Below, one piece after another: positions 10,145 through 18,666 of a DNA stretch of 32,000 bases (position 1 is the stretch's first letter; every line of letters starts with the position of its first letter). The translations under genes were made by a program, and so were the position numbers. The notes under the pieces are model-generated. The model did not search any database. It worked only from the letters and a program-made list of their open reading frames with translations, and was not told where the DNA came from. The stretch comes from an uncultured Methanobacteriaceae archaeon (GTDB lineage: Archaea; Methanobacteriota; Methanobacteria; Methanobacteriales; Methanobacteriaceae), in NCBI GenBank assembly GCA_963765255.1, contig CAVXVI010000001.1, positions 733,983-765,982 on the forward strand. The letters run 5' to 3'.

Positions 10145-10944
10145 GGATAATTATAATGGCGGGTACATCTGATGCAGTGCAGATCATAGGCAATATTGCC
10201 AAACATGGAGATATCGAATTGATTGCAACTACAACTACTAAGTATGGTGGTGATCTTGCAATATCTGCTGGTGCAGATGAGATTATTGTGGGACGTTTAG
10301 GTGTGAATGAAATCGCTGATCTAATATCCATAAATAAAATTGACTTATTAGTTGATGCTACACATCCATTTGCATCTGAAGCAACTATAAATGCTGTGAA
10401 AGCAGCCCACAACTCTGGAATAAAATATCTCCGATATGAGAGACCATCAATAGAAATCCCAAGCAATGAAAACATATTTGAGGTGTTATCTTTCTATGAA
10501 GCAAGTATGAAAGCTTTAGAACTTATGAAAGAAAATCCTAATTCTAAAATGATGGACCTCGCTGGTGTTACAACCTTAATGCAGATAACTAAATTGATCA
10601 AACCGGAATTAATCGTTGTAAGAGTTTTGCCAATGGTCTATTCTATAAAAAAATGTCTCGAAATTGGAATTCCAAGTGAGAATATAATTGCAATGCAGGG
10701 AACTTTTTCTAAAGAATTCAATAAAGCAATCATGAAAGAATATGCAACGTCTGTAGTCATAACGAAGGAAAGTGGTGAAACCGGAGGCACCCCATCGAAG
10801 ATAGCAGCAGCTATTGAACTTAAAATTCCTATAATTTTAGTTAAAAGGCCTATAATATCTGAATTAGAAAATGAGACGGTATTCAATGATATGGATGACC
10901 TCCTCAAGAAGGTCATAAGTCTAAATGAGAACGAAATATCATAA
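10141..10944 (+). CDS. cbiJ: Cobalt-precorrin-6A reductase
   Basis: 267-aa ORF. The N-terminus MRIIIMAGTSDAVQI and the pattern ...LLVDATHPFA...ITKESG..GG are as in CobK/CbiJ. Its ATG overlaps the ATPase stop (ATGA), and a GGTGAT RBS lies inside the ATPase 3' end. Confidence 0.85.
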   Translation: MRIIIMAGTSDAVQIIGNIAKHGDIELIATTTTKYGGDLAISAGADEIIVGRLGVNEIADLISINKIDLLVDATHPFASEATINAVKAAHNSGIKYLRYERPSIEIPSNENIFEVLSFYEASMKALELMKENPNSKMMDLAGVTTLMQITKLIKPELIVVRVLPMVYSIKKCLEIGIPSENIIAMQGTFSKEFNKAIMKEYATSVVITKESGETGGTPSKIAAAIELKIPIILVKRPIISELENETVFNDMDDLLKKVISLNENEIS

Positions 10945-11039
10945 ATTATTCATTTTTGATTTAAATAATAATATCATATGATATATATTTTTAAATATTT
11001 TTTTTAATAATAAAATAACAAAATTAATTATTTAAGTTA

Positions 11040-11095
11040 GCCTCAGATCGCCCATCAGTCATCATGAATCAGAGCTCATAGGGTTCATCACAGGC
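11040..11095 (-). ncRNA. C/D-box sRNA (guide for 2'-O-methylation), 56 nt
   Basis: The minus strand reads 5'-GCCT GTGATGA ACCCTATGAGCT CTGA TTC ATGATGA CTGATGGGCGAT CTGA GGC-3'. The C box is at 11091..11085, D' at 11072..11069, C' at 11065..11059 and D at 11046..11043. Both guide spacers are exactly 12 nt, and GCC/GGC form a terminal stem. The element is a G+C-richer island in an otherwise A/T-only intergenic region. Confidence 0.78.
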
Positions 11096-11147
11096 TTAAA
11101 AAAAAATAAGCTAATAATTAATAAAAAAAATAAATAGAGGGTCGTTA

Positions 11148-12380
11148 TTATCCGAACATCACTCCAGCTTCTTTCCTCATCTCTTCATCGTGTTCCATGC
11201 CAACTATTTTATCAACAGCGTCCATGAAATCGTTCATTGTAACAGTAGATCTTTCTTCCCTTATTGCAAACATACCCGATTCAGTACATATTGCTTTTAG
11301 ATCAGCACCTGATGCTCCTTCTGAAAGTGATGCAATATGTCTTATATCAACATCTTCATCCAAAGTCATCTTCTTAGTATGGATCTTTAATATTTCATTC
11401 CTACCATCTTCATTTGGAATTGGAACTTCAATGAATCTGTCGAAACGTCCAGGTCTTAACAGGGCAGGGTCAAGTATGTCAGGTCTGTTAGTTGCTGCAA
11501 CAATTCCCACATCACCTCTACCTTCAAAACCATCCATTTCAGCGAGTAACTGCATAAGTGTTCTCTGAACTTCCCTATCTCCACTGGTAGAACTTTTGAG
11601 TCTTTTAGCTGCTATGGCATCGATTTCGTCTATGAATATTATACTTGGGGATTTCTCCTTAGCAAGTTCAAAAACACCTCGAACAAGTCTTGCACCTTCA
11701 CCTATATATTTTTTAACGAATTCAGATGCAACTATCTTTATAAAAGTTGCATTTGTTTCGTGTGCAACTGCTTTTGCAAGTAGGGTTTTTCCAGTTCCTG
11801 GAGGGCCGTAAAGTAATACTCCTTTAGGAGGTTCTATACCTATGTTGATGAACAGTTCCGGTTTTTTGAGTGGTAGTTCTACAGTTTCTTTTATCTCAAC
11901 TACCTGTTCTTCCAATCCGCCAATCTGTTCATATGCAATATCTGGTTTTTCCTCTACTTCCATACCTGTTACAAGAGGGTCTTTTTCTGAAGGCAGAACA
12001 TGTACTATGCTGAATGTCTGCTGGTTAAGTGCCACACGAACTCCTGGTTCAAGTGACTTTTCATCTAAGAATCGTGAATATCCAATTACAAAATTAGGGC
12101 CTGTGCTACTTTTCACAACTACCCTGCCATCATCTAAAACTTCAGTTACTGTGGCAATTACTAATGGTGGCGATCTGAACCTTTCAATCTCTCCGCGAAG
12201 AGATTTAACTTCCCTGTCCAGCCTCATTTTCTCGTTTTCGATCAGGACTTTATCCTTTTCGAGCTTCCTAACTTTCCACATTAGGTTACGTTTGGTTTTA
12301 GTGTTGTCCTCTTTTAGGATTTTTATCTCCGTTTTAAGGTCTTCAATCTTTTTTAATACATTTGGGGACATGTTTTCCAT
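11148..12380 (-). CDS. pan: Proteasome-activating nucleotidase (AAA+ ATPase)
   Basis: 410-aa ORF with an N-terminal coiled coil and OB domain. Walker A is [15 protein letters not shown], Walker B is IIFIDEIDA, and the second region of homology is present. The C-terminal ...GVMFG tail resembles the HbYX proteasome-docking tail of PAN but ends in G, so it is not an exact HbYX match. Confidence 0.95.
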   Translation of the reverse strand: MENMSPNVLKKIEDLKTEIKILKEDNTKTKRNLMWKVRKLEKDKVLIENEKMRLDREVKSLRGEIERFRSPPLVIATVTEVLDDGRVVVKSSTGPNFVIGYSRFLDEKSLEPGVRVALNQQTFSIVHVLPSEKDPLVTGMEVEEKPDIAYEQIGGLEEQVVEIKETVELPLKKPELFINIGIEPPKGVLLYGPPGTGKTLLAKAVAHETNATFIKIVASEFVKKYIGEGARLVRGVFELAKEKSPSIIFIDEIDAIAAKRLKSSTSGDREVQRTLMQLLAEMDGFEGRGDVGIVAATNRPDILDPALLRPGRFDRFIEVPIPNEDGRNEILKIHTKKMTLDEDVDIRHIASLSEGASGADLKAICTESGMFAIREERSTVTMNDFMDAVDKIVGMEHDEEMRKEAGVMFG

Positions 12381-12520
12381 GATCCTCGCTCACTCCTAAC
12401 TTTTATAAAAAAAAATAATACTCTAAGACTTAATATTATTTACACAATTTATTGTTCTTAATAATATTTAAATATAGGGGTATAGATTATATAATGATTA
12501 CAAATGCAAAGTGATTACTC

Positions 12521-12994
12521 ATGAGATGCGAGATATGTGGAAAAAAAATAGTAGAAGAACCAATAAAAACTAAAGTAGATGGTTCAATCATGCTTACGTG
12601 TAAAGATTGCTCAAAATTTGGTAAAGTACAAAGAGAAGCACCTAAACCAAAAAGACCTGGAGCACCAAGGGGTGGGACTCCTAGGAGAATACAAAGACCA
12701 AAAGAACCGGCCGAAGAAGTTGTAGAAAATGTTAAGGATATAGTTAGACAGGCAAGAGAAAGGAAAGGATGGTCTCGCGAAGAACTTGGAGAAAAGATCT
12801 ATGAGAAAGCTTCAGTTGTAAGTAGAATAGAGTCAGGAAAAATGGTTCCTGATCTCAAACTCGCTAGAAAGATCGAAAAATTGATGAACGTAGTATTAAT
12901 TGAGAAAAATGAAGACGTGTCTGCGGATGGATTAGGACATTCTAAAGTTAGAGGAGCAACTATTGGAGATATTGCCCAAATAAAAAAGAATTAA
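12521..12994 (+). CDS. Archaeal multiprotein-bridging factor 1 (aMBF1): zinc ribbon plus HTH protein
   Basis: 157-aa ORF. The N-terminal CxxC...CxxC ribbon is MRCEICGKK...CKDCSKFG. The C-terminal cro/C1-type HTH is RERKGWSREELGEKIYEKASVVSRIESGK. Confidence 0.85.
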   Translation: MRCEICGKKIVEEPIKTKVDGSIMLTCKDCSKFGKVQREAPKPKRPGAPRGGTPRRIQRPKEPAEEVVENVKDIVRQARERKGWSREELGEKIYEKASVVSRIESGKMVPDLKLARKIEKLMNVVLIEKNEDVSADGLGHSKVRGATIGDIAQIKKN

Positions 12995-13126
12995 TTTGCA
13001 TATTATTTATTGGGTTGAAAGATTAATTCAGCTAAATATTTTTTTTTAATTTCATTAAATTACTTAATAAAATATAAAAAATAATTAATTTCAATTTTTT
13101 TATATTAATTTTTAACATAATAACAC

Positions 13127-13501
13127 TTATTTATTTGATTTTTTGTTCGGTTTATCTTTATGAGAATAGTAACCCTTTAAATATGTAAGTCCATGAAATG
13201 TTTCTTCCAACGACTTAAATTCACCATACTCTTCACTGATAACTATAACATGTGCTGGTGGGTGTATCTTCCTGATGTGGACAATACTTTTAGTTGTATC
13301 ATCTTCAACACGGACAAGCACGGCTATATCTGATTTTGATCTTACTTCTTGTCTAAGAATCTTACTTGCAATTTCGTCAGCTTTTCTTGAGTTTATTATT
13401 CTAGGTTTACCAGCGACTTTCAGTCCAGCATGTCGTTCAATGTCTGCTAAAGTATTCAAAAGTTTGCCTTGATCTTCAGCACGTATTAAAATTAAAGCCA
13501 T
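13127..13501 (-). CDS. Small cytoplasmic protein of unknown function; last gene of the co-directional cell-wall block
   Basis: 124-aa ORF with an ATG preceded by a strong GAAGGAG RBS at 7-8 nt. There is no signal peptide or TM segment, and the C-terminal tail is lysine-rich. I do not recognise the family. Confidence 0.6.
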   Translation of the reverse strand: MALILIRAEDQGKLLNTLADIERHAGLKVAGKPRIINSRKADEIASKILRQEVRSKSDIAVLVRVEDDTTKSIVHIRKIHPPAHVIVISEEYGEFKSLEETFHGLTYLKGYYSHKDKPNKKSNK

Positions 13502-13619
13502 ATTTTTACTCCTTCTAATAAATTAGATATTGATAATAAAAATTTAATATTTAATAAAATAGTTAAAAAGGAATATAATGTATCCATCTATTCCTAATTA
13601 TTAAATTATTCTATTTCAA

Positions 13620-14882
13620 TCATTTCTTTTTGAGGAATGATGATATTAATGTACTTCTAAAGAGAACTAGAATAACTAGTATCAATCCTATTGCTGTTTG
13701 TACATTACCTAAATTGCTCAAATCAGATGAACTTATTGGTAAATTCCATGAAGGAGAGGATTTATTGCCTTGTAGTGGCGTATAGTATACTCCAACTGCT
13801 CTTTGGTTTTCCTTTACATTAATGTCCATAGGTTCTACGTGGTTAACACCTACCAATAGCCCGCTTCCTATAGCTTTATTAATTGAATTAGCTATTGATG
13901 TTGAGCTATAACCATATTTTTCAGTTGATGCTTGTACAATTTCTTGGGTTGTTTCATAAATTCCCGGTGCATCGGTTCCATAAACAGATACAGCTGTTGA
14001 GTTTGTAGTTACTGTGATCGCACTTCGTAGAGCTTCAGTTGCTGTTACTGTAGTTAATGGGGTGCCATCAATAGGACTTGTTTGATAGTTAGCAGCTTCT
14101 GGGAAACCAATACTCCATCCGTTTGGACTTATTTTACTGTAATTTTCATCCATGGGAAATCCAGTTGTATTATAAGCTGTAGGTGTAAACATGTCTCCTG
14201 TTGTTATTCCAGAAACAAGGTTAATTGCTCCTCCTCCATGTTTTTCACCAGCATTTACGGCCACATTTTGAAAAGCAGCTGCAACAACATCTGTTGCAGG
14301 ATAACCGTCCCTTATCATCTCTCCCATTAGTTCAGCTGTTTGAAGACGAACAGCATCTGCTGTACCGTATTGGGGATTACCCGGAGTATTTCTGAGGTGG
14401 ATTATTGCACCACGATCTCCAGGGGGAAGGACTGCCAGACCTCCATCATACGGTGTTATAGTTATTGTACCGTTATTAGAAACAATTATAACATATGCTA
14501 AGAAATAACCTCCCACTGCAGCGCCGATTGTTGGTCCGCCATCCATAACTCTTATTCCTGAAAATCCATTAGCTAAAGTTGCTGCCTGAGCAGCGGTACC
14601 GCCATTTTCAAGACTATTTACTGATGAAACTATGGCACCAAGTCTTGGTGTCTCATTACCTTCACCACCAGACAGTACTGCGAAATGTTTATCCTTTGAC
14701 ATTATAAAAGTCGATTGGAACATATTTTCAGCCCAAGATTGACTTCCTGCAGCTGCACCGTTAGGATCTTTACCTGTTGGATCTGTTATCACTATAACGT
14801 TCATGGTTGCTGATGCGGTGTTTACAACCATTGAGAAAGTTATAAAAAATAAAACAAATCTCATTAAATTTACTCTCTTCAT
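13620..14882 (-). CDS. Exported, C-terminally membrane-anchored surface protein of unknown function (cysteine-free, many N-x-S/T sequons)
   Basis: 420-aa ORF. The N-terminal signal peptide is MKRVNLMRFVLFFITFSMVVNTASA, and the C-terminal hydrophobic anchor plus basic tail is AIGLILVILVLFRSTLISSFLKKK. The ectodomain is rich in Gly, Ala and Thr. Sequons present are NET, NGT, NTT, NYS, NST and NKS. Its start lies 10 nt after the stop of the upstream gene, and the RBS AGGGG overlaps that stop. Confidence 0.75.
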   Translation of the reverse strand: MKRVNLMRFVLFFITFSMVVNTASATMNVIVITDPTGKDPNGAAAGSQSWAENMFQSTFIMSKDKHFAVLSGGEGNETPRLGAIVSSVNSLENGGTAAQAATLANGFSGIRVMDGGPTIGAAVGGYFLAYVIIVSNNGTITITPYDGGLAVLPPGDRGAIIHLRNTPGNPQYGTADAVRLQTAELMGEMIRDGYPATDVVAAAFQNVAVNAGEKHGGGAINLVSGITTGDMFTPTAYNTTGFPMDENYSKISPNGWSIGFPEAANYQTSPIDGTPLTTVTATEALRSAITVTTNSTAVSVYGTDAPGIYETTQEIVQASTEKYGYSSTSIANSINKAIGSGLLVGVNHVEPMDINVKENQRAVGVYYTPLQGNKSSPSWNLPISSSDLSNLGNVQTAIGLILVILVLFRSTLISSFLKKK

Positions 14883-14892
14883 AATTTAGCCC

Positions 14893-15336
14893 CTAATATG
14901 TTCCATTCAGCCCTTTAATTTGGATGTTTGAAAAGTCTTCAACAACATTAACAGTAACTATTCCTGTTTGATTATCGACTTGAACATTTGCTGCATCTAT
15001 CGGAGTTATCTGTGTACCTGGGATGGTAGTTAACAAAACAGCCTGTTGTGCATTACTTATGGCTTCATTTAACGGAACCATACGTTTAGTCGTAACTAGT
15101 GTGTCTCCCTGTATGTAGCTTCCGGATCTAAATCCAACATTAGCTAAACTAGCTTTAATTGAATCTAACGGTACTATATCGTTACCGTGAACTATCACTC
15201 CGGATATTTCGACTCCGTGATTTCCTACATCTGTGGATGATGCATAGGACATATAAGTCATGACTCTTCCTGAAAAAATAAGCATGAAGGCCAGTAATAA
15301 AATAATTAATGTATCTCTCCTAATTTTTATGAACAT
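14893..15336 (-). CDS. Small N-terminally anchored (type II) membrane protein with a POTRA-like ectodomain (FtsQ/DivIB-like pattern)
   Basis: The ORF track gives 14893..15366. I prefer the ATG at 15336 (MFIKIRRD...) because AAGGTGA lies 4-5 nt upstream and an AAATTTATAAATATT TATA-like box lies further upstream. The protein has a short basic N-terminus and one TM segment (LIILLLAFMLIFSGRVM). The ectodomain runs VEISGVIVHGNDIVPLDSIKASLANVGFRSGSYI ... PLNEAISNAQQAVLL ... ITPIDAANVQVDNQTGIVTVNVVE. This fits the beta-alpha-alpha-beta-beta POTRA pattern (I..I.v.Gn..v....i...l....G ... g.l.i.V.E). The POTRA call is pattern recognition only. Confidence 0.6.
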   Translation of the reverse strand: MFIKIRRDTLIILLLAFMLIFSGRVMTYMSYASSTDVGNHGVEISGVIVHGNDIVPLDSIKASLANVGFRSGSYIQGDTLVTTKRMVPLNEAISNAQQAVLLTTIPGTQITPIDAANVQVDNQTGIVTVNVVEDFSNIQIKGLNGTY

Positions 15337-15502
15337 TCTTTCACCTTTAGTGCATTGACTTTGCACTTATAATATTTATAAATTTATTATTTTTACGAAA
15401 TTTTAAAATTAATTGATCTTATCTTTATTGATTAATCTTAATTGTTATAATAGTATGTAAAGTAATAACATAATATGATACTGCCTAAAAACTTTGACAA
15501 TT

Positions 15503-17023
15503 TTATATATCTTTCAATTTGAGAATATTTTCTTTGTATTTGAATGCAGCTTCTCCTAAACAGATTAAAGCATCACTTTTACATTTTAATCCTATTTTAA
15601 CTCCTGCTAACACTTGATCAGAACTTGCTCCAAGCGTGCCTTTTTGGAATTTTTCTGAAGACATGTTAGTAAGTAAGATCTTCCCACTAGAAATATGTTT
15701 ACCATGTTTTTCAGCAGCCTTGCGTGAAGCGAACGATGCGGGGATAATAAAATCTCCGTATTCAATGACATTTTGTAATATTTCCATATCTCCCAATTCT
15801 CCAGATTCTGATGAAACAGTAATAACTACAGTGATGTTATTGTAAACCTTTTTTAACTCCCTAAGAACTGTTTCGATTCCCGCAGGATTATGACCGTAGT
15901 CGAGAATAACATCCATTCCATTGTTATCATACAAGTGTTCAATCCTACCCGGAACACCTTTAAAACTTTTTATAGAAGATAATATTTCATGAATTGGTAT
16001 TTTAAAGAATTCTCTTGCAGCTGCTATTGCTCCAATAGAATTGTAAACATTATGTAGTCCTATTAATTGCATCTCAACTTCTACATCTCCTTCTGGGGTT
16101 TGCAGAGTATAATTTCCATTTGCTTCATCTATATTTTTAGCTAGATAATTTGGTATTGGTCTATTTATTCCGCATTCACAACTGTACTTTCCTGAACCTG
16201 TAATAGTTTCATTTATAATAATCTCTCTTCCACACCAGCATGGCTTTTTACCAATTACTTCAGATGGAGCATCAACACCGAAGGTAATAACTAAACTTTC
16301 CGGGTTTAGCATTCCAAATATAGTAGGATCATCTGAGTTAACAATTAATAATTTGTTTTTGAAGTATTCTATGAATTCCCCTTTAATACCCGCGTAACTT
16401 ATAAAATCAAGGTTTTCATCAAGATGATCAGGGTTTATATTTGTTACAACTCCACACTCTGGTTCGCTACGTTCAACCATTAGTTTAAGATCCCCAACTT
16501 TTCCAAACGTACCTGTTTCAAGAACAGCCACATCTCCACTTAGTCTGGCTTGTAAAGGAGGTATATAGTCAATATTTCCCTGTAAATTCCTAAAACCATG
16601 TTCTGTAGGTTCTAAACCACATTTTCGGCATATATGTTTCAGTAGTGTAGTAGTAGTCGTTTTACCGTTAGTTCCAGTAATACATAATACTGGTTTTTTG
16701 GGCTTAAAACGTTCTAATATGTCCGTTACCGATAAAATATCTTTTTTATATCTTTTAATTTGGTTAAAAAACTCAGATGTTTCCATTAAACTTGGGGGTG
16801 TCACGATATAAGTGGATCTATTAAAAAATGATTCAGGATGTTCTGATAAATCTAATGGTATTTTATAATCGGTTAATGTGTAAAGATAATCGCATTCTTC
16901 CTTTTTATGTAAATCTGTTCCTATTACAGAATAACCACGGTCCATTAACATCCTTGCAATGAGATTTGATACGATTCCACAGATTCCTATTACTCCATAA
17001 ATTTCCGGATTTTCATTATTCAT
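15503..17023 (-). CDS. Mur-ligase family protein, MurC-like N-domain (pseudomurein peptide ligase candidate) with a Cys4 zinc-ribbon insertion
   Basis: 506-aa ORF. The MurC-style N-terminus is [29 protein letters not shown] and the P-loop is [14 protein letters not shown]. Other Mur-ligase motifs are [14 protein letters not shown] and [13 protein letters not shown]...CECG insertion lies at aa 262-284. The start overlaps the upstream gene's stop by 8 nt. Confidence 0.85.
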   Translation of the reverse strand: MNNENPEIYGVIGICGIVSNLIARMLMDRGYSVIGTDLHKKEECDYLYTLTDYKIPLDLSEHPESFFNRSTYIVTPPSLMETSEFFNQIKRYKKDILSVTDILERFKPKKPVLCITGTNGKTTTTTLLKHICRKCGLEPTEHGFRNLQGNIDYIPPLQARLSGDVAVLETGTFGKVGDLKLMVERSEPECGVVTNINPDHLDENLDFISYAGIKGEFIEYFKNKLLIVNSDDPTIFGMLNPESLVITFGVDAPSEVIGKKPCWCGREIIINETITGSGKYSCECGINRPIPNYLAKNIDEANGNYTLQTPEGDVEVEMQLIGLHNVYNSIGAIAAAREFFKIPIHEILSSIKSFKGVPGRIEHLYDNNGMDVILDYGHNPAGIETVLRELKKVYNNITVVITVSSESGELGDMEILQNVIEYGDFIIPASFASRKAAEKHGKHISSGKILLTNMSSEKFQKGTLGASSDQVLAGVKIGLKCKSDALICLGEAAFKYKENILKLKDI

Positions 17024-18422
17024 ATTTTTTACAACCTTCTCTGATACCGGACATCATTTTGGTTTTAACATCTTCATAATTAGTAATGGCTCCAGGACCA
17101 ACATGTAATATAATAGATCCTGAATGGGAATGTTTAATAGATAATTCTCCCGCTGTGATCATGTCTTCAACAGGAATTTTAATTGCTGATGATTTTCCTG
17201 CTCCTTGGATTACTTCATTTGCAGCTTCAATATTGAATTTTTTAGTTGTTTCATTATACCCACTACAAATTATTACATTAGCGTATTCTCCGACAACTTC
17301 TCCCACTTTATACTTATCTCGAGGATTTGTACTATCTGGATTGTCTATAATAACAATTAATTCTTGGTTTTGAAAAATTTCAAGTGTTTTAACAAGGCCT
17401 TCAGGAACAAATGCAGCATCAAAATGAACTTCTCTGCCCTTAAAATTTCCGATATATTCCATGTGACCTGCAATTCCTTTAAAACTTTTTAAACCTTTAA
17501 TTATAGAATTTTCGTCCAATCCATACGCAAGTGCTGCAGCAGTAGCTGCAATAGAGTTTTCAGAATAATATCCCAGTAATTTGAAAGATGTTTCAAAATG
17601 ACCCTTGATATTTAAATTGGGTATATCGTACGTTATATCGAATATCCCATCCTTTAATTTCCCATTAACATCACATTTATTATTTTCTTGACAATAAAAG
17701 ATTGTGTCATCCCTTAAATTTTCAAGATAATTGGTACACTGTATACCCGAAACCAAAATTTTACTAGAATCTGCTATAAAAAGTTTACGTGCAACATATT
17801 TCTCCATGGAATATTCAAATTCATCCAGATGATCAGGATAAATATTGGTAATTATTCCGACATTTAAATCAACTTTTGACATGAGCCTTGAAGTTCCATG
17901 GGGAAGCTCAATAACGGCTATATTGTTTATCTTGTGGAGACCATTTACAATCCCATCTACAATAACCTCACTAAGAAGATTTCCCATTCTTGATGAACAA
18001 GTCCATACTTTGTAACCATCATTCTGAAATATATTTGACAAGATATGAGTGGTGCTGGTCTTTCCAAGCGTTCCTGTAATCCCTATTATATCTAATTCCA
18101 ATAGATTGTTTATGACTGTTGAAACATAATCATTGTCTAATATTTCAACTTCTTTATCATTCAATAACTTCCTGATTGGAGAATTTTCAGGTACTGTGGG
18201 TGAAATATAAGCATAATCTACCTTTTCAATACCTAAAGATGCATCTGAACCCAACATCAGTTCTACACCTTCTTCTTCCATTATTTTGAGAGTTTTCTGC
18301 ACCTCTGGTTGAAATTCTTCAAGAACTTTTCTATCAGTTATAATTACTTGATTTCCTGCATGATTAAGGATTCTTCCAGCTGGACGTCCGGCGTTACCTG
18401 CTCCTATTATTATACATTTCAT
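17016..18422 (-). CDS. Mur-ligase family protein, MurD-like N-domain (pseudomurein peptide ligase candidate)
   Basis: 468-aa ORF. The N-terminal Rossmann GxGxxG is [18 protein letters not shown], as in MurD. The P-loop is [15 protein letters not shown] and TNIYPDHLD is present. A GAGGGA RBS sits 8 nt upstream of the ATG. Confidence 0.85.
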   Translation of the reverse strand: MKCIIIGAGNAGRPAGRILNHAGNQVIITDRKVLEEFQPEVQKTLKIMEEEGVELMLGSDASLGIEKVDYAYISPTVPENSPIRKLLNDKEVEILDNDYVSTVINNLLELDIIGITGTLGKTSTTHILSNIFQNDGYKVWTCSSRMGNLLSEVIVDGIVNGLHKINNIAVIELPHGTSRLMSKVDLNVGIITNIYPDHLDEFEYSMEKYVARKLFIADSSKILVSGIQCTNYLENLRDDTIFYCQENNKCDVNGKLKDGIFDITYDIPNLNIKGHFETSFKLLGYYSENSIAATAAALAYGLDENSIIKGLKSFKGIAGHMEYIGNFKGREVHFDAAFVPEGLVKTLEIFQNQELIVIIDNPDSTNPRDKYKVGEVVGEYANVIICSGYNETTKKFNIEAANEVIQGAGKSSAIKIPVEDMITAGELSIKHSHSGSIILHVGPGAITNYEDVKTKMMSGIREGCKKYE

Positions 18423-18666
18423 AATTAATTTCCCTCAAAGAATTTAGTTAAGACTACTCAACAATCTTTAAAACATGATTAAAATTAAATTTATTCACAT
18501 TAATTTATTTATTATTTGTCATAATTTCGATTTTATATATGTTCGTTATGAATTAAATGGATATTCTTTACAACTTATTTATTTGCCATTTATACAAAGA
18601 TTTTAGAAAAAATAGTAATTATAATATTAAATAACTAAAAAGAAACATTAGAGACAGAAAAATCTG

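Noticed and set aside
13620-14882. Possible penicillin-binding-protein motifs in the exported protein (STEK as SxxK, SIN/SVN as SxN)
   Set aside because: The motifs occur near the C-terminus in the wrong spacing and order. No KTG/KSG follows, and too little sequence remains after STEK for a PBP fold. They are chance tripeptides and tetrapeptides.
15337-15366. 10-codon N-terminal extension (MQSQCTKGER) of the POTRA-like gene in the ORF track
   Set aside because: The extension would place the RBS-like AAGGTGA inside the coding sequence. The ATG at 15336 has proper SD spacing and begins the typical basic-then-hydrophobic N-terminus.
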